From contig JANNPM010000474.1 in NCBI GenBank assembly GCA_031400145.1, positions 1-42,133 of the forward strand: 42,133 nt of DNA, read 5' to 3'. Below the pieces are notes generated by a model, which was not told the origin of the DNA, did no database searches, and saw nothing but the letters and a program-made list of their open reading frames with translations. This DNA comes from Chryseolinea sp. GTDB taxonomy: Bacteria; Bacteroidota; Bacteroidia; Cytophagales; Cyclobacteriaceae. Of this stretch, positions 37,848 through 42,133 are shown piece by piece (positions within the stretch are counted from its first letter, which is position 1; each line of letters opens with the position of its first letter). The translations under genes and the position numbers were made by a program.

Positions 37848-40800
37848 TCACGCACTTGTTTCCCTGGTGGAAGCTTTTAACTCCTTTTGCGCTTCTTTCA
37901 TTTGCCAGCGTATAGTTACTGCGTGAATTTTACCGTCGTCTTCCAGCGTGATCACCGGCACAGACTGTTGCACTTCATCTACCGTAACGGTCACACGATC
38001 CGTCGCTTCGATGGTTTGTGTCAGCTTGATATCATACCACGAGGTCTGGAATCTATATTTAATGGAAAATGTCTCCCATTCAGCAGGGACACAAGGTTCA
38101 AACCAAAGTTTGTCTCCTTCCCGTCTCATGCCAAGGAATGATGACAAAATAAGCTGATACATCCAACCAGCGGAGCCGGTGTACCACGTCCAGCCGCCTC
38201 GACCTGAATGGGGATGGACGCCATACACGTCAGCCGCCATCACATAGGGTTCAACCTTGTATGTTGCCACGTCGCCCGCCGTGGTGCCATGGTTAATGGG
38301 ATTAATCATGTTCAATAGCTCCCAGGTATGAAACCTATCTCCCAGTTTTGCAAATGCCATCACCATCCAAACAGCCGCATGCGTGTACTGTCCGCCATTC
38401 TCGCGCACACCGGGCACATATCCTTTGATGTAACCGGGGTCCATGGCTGCATTATTGAACGGCGGCTCCAATAGTTGTAACAAACCTTTATCGCGATTGA
38501 TCAGATATTTGTCGACTGACAACATTGCGGATTTTGTGCGACGAGGCTCGCCTGCTCCTGAGATGACAGACCAGCTCTGCGATATTGAATCAATCTTACA
38601 TTCTTCATTAGAGGAAGAACCCAAGGGAGTTCCGTCATCAAAGTACGCCCTTCGGTACCATTCGCCGTCCCACGCATTTTTGTTGATGTTCTCTTTTAAC
38701 AGGGCAGCGCTTGTTTCGCAGTGTTCGGAGAATATCCGGTCGTCCGCGCGCGCTGCTATTGGCGCAAATTTGTTTAGTACGTCATAAAGAAAGAAACCGA
38801 GCCAGACGCTTTCACCCTGGCCATGAATACCGACCATGTTCATACCGTCGTTCCAATCGCCTGATCCTATAAAGGGAAGACCGTGCTTGCCGAAACGAAG
38901 GCCATGCTTGATAGCTCTTTTGCAGTGATCATAAAGCGTCGCTCTCTTTTCAGAAATTACAGGCAGGTCATAGTATGACTCTTCCATCGTATTAAGCTGA
39001 CGACCCTCCAGAAACGGAACAACTTCTTGTAGAATCTTCGTATCTCCTGTCGTAATAATGTATTGACTGGTGACAAACGGCAGCCAGACAAAGTCGTCGG
39101 AACACAACGTGCGCACCCCCCGGCCTGCAGGCGGGTGCCACCAATGTTGAACATCGCCTTCCTGAAACTGACGTGATGCCGCAAGCAATATCTGTGCTCT
39201 GGTAATTTCAGGTTCTGAATGCATCAGCGCAAGAACGTCTTGTAGCTGATCCCGGAAACCGAAGGCGCCGCCAGATTGGTAGTATCCGCTTCGGCCCCAA
39301 AGGCGGCAGGCCATTACCTGATATTGCAGCCATCCGTTAGACAAGGTATTCAGGGATGCGTCAGGCGTCTCGATTTGTATTGAGCCGAGCGTGTGATCCC
39401 AATATTGTTTAACACTATGCAGCACTGTTGCGGCTACTTTGCTTCCGCGGAACTTCTTAATGATATCAATTGTCTCAAACCGGTCCTTACCGGCACCCAT
39501 CCGGAAGACAATCTCGCGGGTGCTATCAGCATCTAACTCAACCGGTACACGCACGGCGGTACAGGGGTCGAAGCCTGCGCCAGACTTTCCTGATAACTTT
39601 GCTCTCAGCATTGCATCCGGTGCCCGGAGGGTTCCGTTCCGTCCGAGAAACTCCGCCCGGTCGGAAGTAAAATCATATTGGGGATCGTCAACATCAAAGA
39701 ACGCCACACGATTGGGGAACTCTGTGTTGTAAGCGTTCTTCGCGATCAGGGCACCTGTTGATGTGTCTAACTCCGTGACTATATGCTGCGACGATCTGGA
39801 TCTCAGGTCAGCCAATACCCATTCGGCGTAACCAGTCACAGAAAGCTTTCTGGTTCTACCGGATGAGTTTCGGATTTTTACAACCACAAACTTTATAGGC
39901 GCCTGCAGGTCTACAAAAATCGTTGCTTCCGTATAAATGCCGTCGCGTAGATGCTCGAAAACTGTATATCCGAAACCGTGGCGGGTCGTATACAATGAAT
40001 TGCTGCGGCTCGGCAGGGGCATGGGCGACCAGAATGTGCCGCTTTCCTCGTCGCGCACGTAGTAGGACTCGCCATTCCTGTCTGTTACGGGGTCGTTATT
40101 CCATGGTGTGAGTCTGAAGCTATGGGCGTTTTCTGACCAGGTGTATGACGGACCGCTTTCTGTTACAATCGTTCCAAAGATGGGATTGGCAATAACATTT
40201 ATCCATGGCAAAGGCGTACGTTTCGTACCCTCGTTATGAATAATGTATTCTTTGCCATCCTGCGAAAATCCACCCACACCGTTGTAAAACTTCAACGCAG
40301 GCGGAGCGATCAATTTGTCCTTTACTGGTGCGTAGTTTTGTGAAGGTGTCAGGTAGGGTATGCCTGCTTTTGTGGCAATTCGCCTGTTGATCTGATCTGA
40401 TAACGTCCCACGGCTATCTGATATTATTACTTTCGCTACTGCCTTGAGAAGAATGAGATCCTCGGCTGAAACCTGCTCTACCGGTCTGACAAAAATTCGT
40501 CCCTGCTTGTCCGGTGAGTTCATTCCTATTCCAGCGGCGATCAGCCCCTGGATCTGATCCTGCAGCAATTGCCGGTATCCACTGGGATCCTGATTCAGAA
40601 TTACCAGATCAACTGCAAGCCCTTTAAGGTGCCAGTATGCCTGTGCTTGTATTAATTGTTTTACCAGGGCAATATTTCCGCTATCTGAAACTTCCAGCAA
40701 TACAATTGGAAGATCACCGGAAATCGAATGTCCCCATAGGGCGGACTGGCCGCGTTGATTCTTGATTAGTATCGTTGGATTCGCGCGGAGCGAAGGATTG

Positions 40801-42133
40801 GTATAGATCACCGCGCTCGCCAGGCGGGCATAGAGTTCTGCGTCTTCTTCCGTTGCATTAATTTGCCTTAACACGACCTGGCTATGCGTCCATGAAAGCT
40901 CAAACGCCCTGTCACGTAAATGCCTGTCCTGATACTTATCAACAAGGTATTGGGCCTCTTCGCGGTTTGCTGACATTCCGGTGATTATATCTACAATAAT
41001 CGTTTCACCCTGATCCATTGCTACCCGGTGTTGAACGGATACGATGGGATCCAGGACAGACCCCTGTGCTCCTGACAAAGGTTCCTGTGTACTCATCACT
41101 ACCGGGTTGGCCAGAGATCTTCCGCGACCGATGAATTTGTACCTGTCGGTTTCAAAGGTTACGGATTGGTCGTTCTTGCTGGACACCTTCATGAGGTGAA
41201 ACATCCAGGGTGGCCGTTCATCCTTCGAACGTGCACGCCGTGTGCATAGAATGGCCTGTTGATTTGGGTTGATTTCCGTTTGAACGAACAAGTTGCTGAA
41301 GGCAGGGTGGAGCGCGTCTGCCATGTGAGGCGCAAGGACCGCTTCACCATAACTTGTGAGTTCGATATGGCGTTTTGTTCGCGAACGATTCGTGAGATGT
41401 ATGCGGCGAATTTCGACATCATCTTCCGGAGAAACGATGATCTCGGTATATGTTTCCATCTCCTGATCCTTCCTTCTGAATTCAACGCGGCCTTGGGAAA
41501 ACACAACTGTGTAATTTTCTGATTCTGTGAGTGTGGGTTGATGCGTGTTGGACCAGAAGGCTTTGGTTTCCAGATCGCGAATGTAGCAGAAGGCTCCCCA
41601 GTGATCGCAGGTGCTGTCTTCGCGCCAGCGTGTGACAGAGAGATCTTTCCAACGGCTGTAACCACCACCAGCATTAGTTATCATAACATGATATCTTCCG
41701 TTTGAAAGAAGCTGAACTTCCGGAGTGGGTGTGTCCGGTGTGTGAATAACCCTGATTTGGGAATGCGACGATACCGGTGTGATGTCCTCCATCTCCGTTG
41801 AAGCAGAGTAAAATCCGGTTGTCTTCGGTATTTGTTCCTGTAGCAACAAAAGTGCAGTTTGAAATTGAACGTCTGCCTCGAATCTTTTTTGCATTGGCTT
41901 ATCTAGCAACAGGTAAGCGAGGGAGAGCAAGCTCATTCCCTGATGATGTGCCATGAATGTCTGAATAACGACCGGTGATTGCCCCCGTGGTAATCTTGCC
42001 GGCGTATAATCTATTGATTCATAGAAGCCATATTTACCTTCGTATCCGGCGTCTCTGAGCTTTTCGAGGTTTTGACTTGAAGATTTGGGATCAACCATCA
42101 ATGCTAATACCGTTGCATAAGGAGCAATAACCA
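37848..42133 (-). CDS. ndvB: Cyclic beta-1,2-glucan synthase (NdvB/ChvB/Cgs), C-terminal part with GH94 phosphorylase domain; 5' end outside the window
   Basis: Frame open to the edge (VIAPYATVLALMVDP); YGFYESIDYT, FMAHHQGM, QSGGAFGFRDQLQD, GDWNDGMN, ENGGQYTHAA and GGWTWYTGSAGW. Confidence 0.95.
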   Translation of the reverse strand, partial: VIAPYATVLALMVDPKSSSQNLEKLRDAGYEGKYGFYESIDYTPARLPRGQSPVVIQTFMAHHQGMSLLSLAYLLLDKPMQKRFEADVQFQTALLLLQEQIPKTTGFYSASTEMEDITPVSSHSQIRVIHTPDTPTPEVQLLSNGRYHVMITNAGGGYSRWKDLSVTRWREDSTCDHWGAFCYIRDLETKAFWSNTHQPTLTESENYTVVFSQGRVEFRRKDQEMETYTEIIVSPEDDVEIRRIHLTNRSRTKRHIELTSYGEAVLAPHMADALHPAFSNLFVQTEINPNQQAILCTRRARSKDERPPWMFHLMKVSSKNDQSVTFETDRYKFIGRGRSLANPVVMSTQEPLSGAQGSVLDPIVSVQHRVAMDQGETIIVDIITGMSANREEAQYLVDKYQDRHLRDRAFELSWTHSQVVLRQINATEEDAELYARLASAVIYTNPSLRANPTILIKNQRGQSALWGHSISGDLPIVLLEVSDSGNIALVKQLIQAQAYWHLKGLAVDLVILNQDPSGYRQLLQDQIQGLIAAGIGMNSPDKQGRIFVRPVEQVSAEDLILLKAVAKVIISDSRGTLSDQINRRIATKAGIPYLTPSQNYAPVKDKLIAPPALKFYNGVGGFSQDGKEYIIHNEGTKRTPLPWINVIANPIFGTIVTESGPSYTWSENAHSFRLTPWNNDPVTDRNGESYYVRDEESGTFWSPMPLPSRSNSLYTTRHGFGYTVFEHLRDGIYTEATIFVDLQAPIKFVVVKIRNSSGRTRKLSVTGYAEWVLADLRSRSSQHIVTELDTSTGALIAKNAYNTEFPNRVAFFDVDDPQYDFTSDRAEFLGRNGTLRAPDAMLRAKLSGKSGAGFDPCTAVRVPVELDADSTREIVFRMGAGKDRFETIDIIKKFRGSKVAATVLHSVKQYWDHTLGSIQIETPDASLNTLSNGWLQYQVMACRLWGRSGYYQSGGAFGFRDQLQDVLALMHSEPEITRAQILLAASRQFQEGDVQHWWHPPAGRGVRTLCSDDFVWLPFVTSQYIITTGDTKILQEVVPFLEGRQLNTMEESYYDLPVISEKRATLYDHCKRAIKHGLRFGKHGLPFIGSGDWNDGMNMVGIHGQGESVWLGFFLYDVLNKFAPIAARADDRIFSEHCETSAALLKENINKNAWDGEWYRRAYFDDGTPLGSSSNEECKIDSISQSWSVISGAGEPRRTKSAMLSVDKYLINRDKGLLQLLEPPFNNAAMDPGYIKGYVPGVRENGGQYTHAAVWMVMAFAKLGDRFHTWELLNMINPINHGTTAGDVATYKVEPYVMAADVYGVHPHSGRGGWTWYTGSAGWMYQLILSSFLGMRREGDKLWFEPCVPAEWETFSIKYRFQTSWYDIKLTQTIEATDRVTVTVDEVQQSVPVITLEDDGKIHAVTIRWQMKEAQKELKASTRETSA

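Noticed and set aside
1-42133. CRISPR array, rRNA, intact transposase or intact defence system
   Set aside because: No regularly spaced repeats, rRNA-like sequence or corresponding genes were seen.

Overview
Bacteroidota chromosomal DNA, most likely Cytophagales. This is inferred from T9SS-related genes (PorP/SprF, a PD40-OmpA protein, an S8 protease with a C-terminal sorting domain), several TAnnTTTG -7 promoter boxes and signal peptides cleaved before Gln. The left part (1-22.4 kb) is mostly housekeeping and envelope genes: a partial DUF1080/PA14 protein, an SSS transporter with a small membrane partner, DUF2911, an alkylpurine glycosylase, OmpA, TetR, NagD, a TrpF-like protein, S8 protease, rpe, gyrA and a TPR protein. 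It also carries tRNA-Asp followed by a decayed island scar, in which a recombinase-like fragment is fused in frame to an AbiEi-like fragment. The right part (22.6-36 kb) is the most interesting. It is a stripped-down surface-polysaccharide locus with an internally shortened Wzc, a PorP-SPOR-like fusion, a four-gene CDP-sugar cassette resembling the StrQ/P/X/U set (candidate branched-sugar pathway), lhgO and wcaJ, but no glycosyltransferase, Wzx, Wzy or Wza. Next to it lie an atypical histidine kinase and a receiver-Crp/Fnr hybrid regulator. Three palindromic ATGAY-N4-RTCA boxes, each exactly 22 nt from a -7-like element, lie upstream of the sugar cassette, wcaJ and the kinase operon, suggesting a self-contained regulon. 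The window ends inside a cyclic beta-1,2-glucan synthase (NdvB/Cgs) gene. All family calls come from motif recognition by eye; no searches were run.
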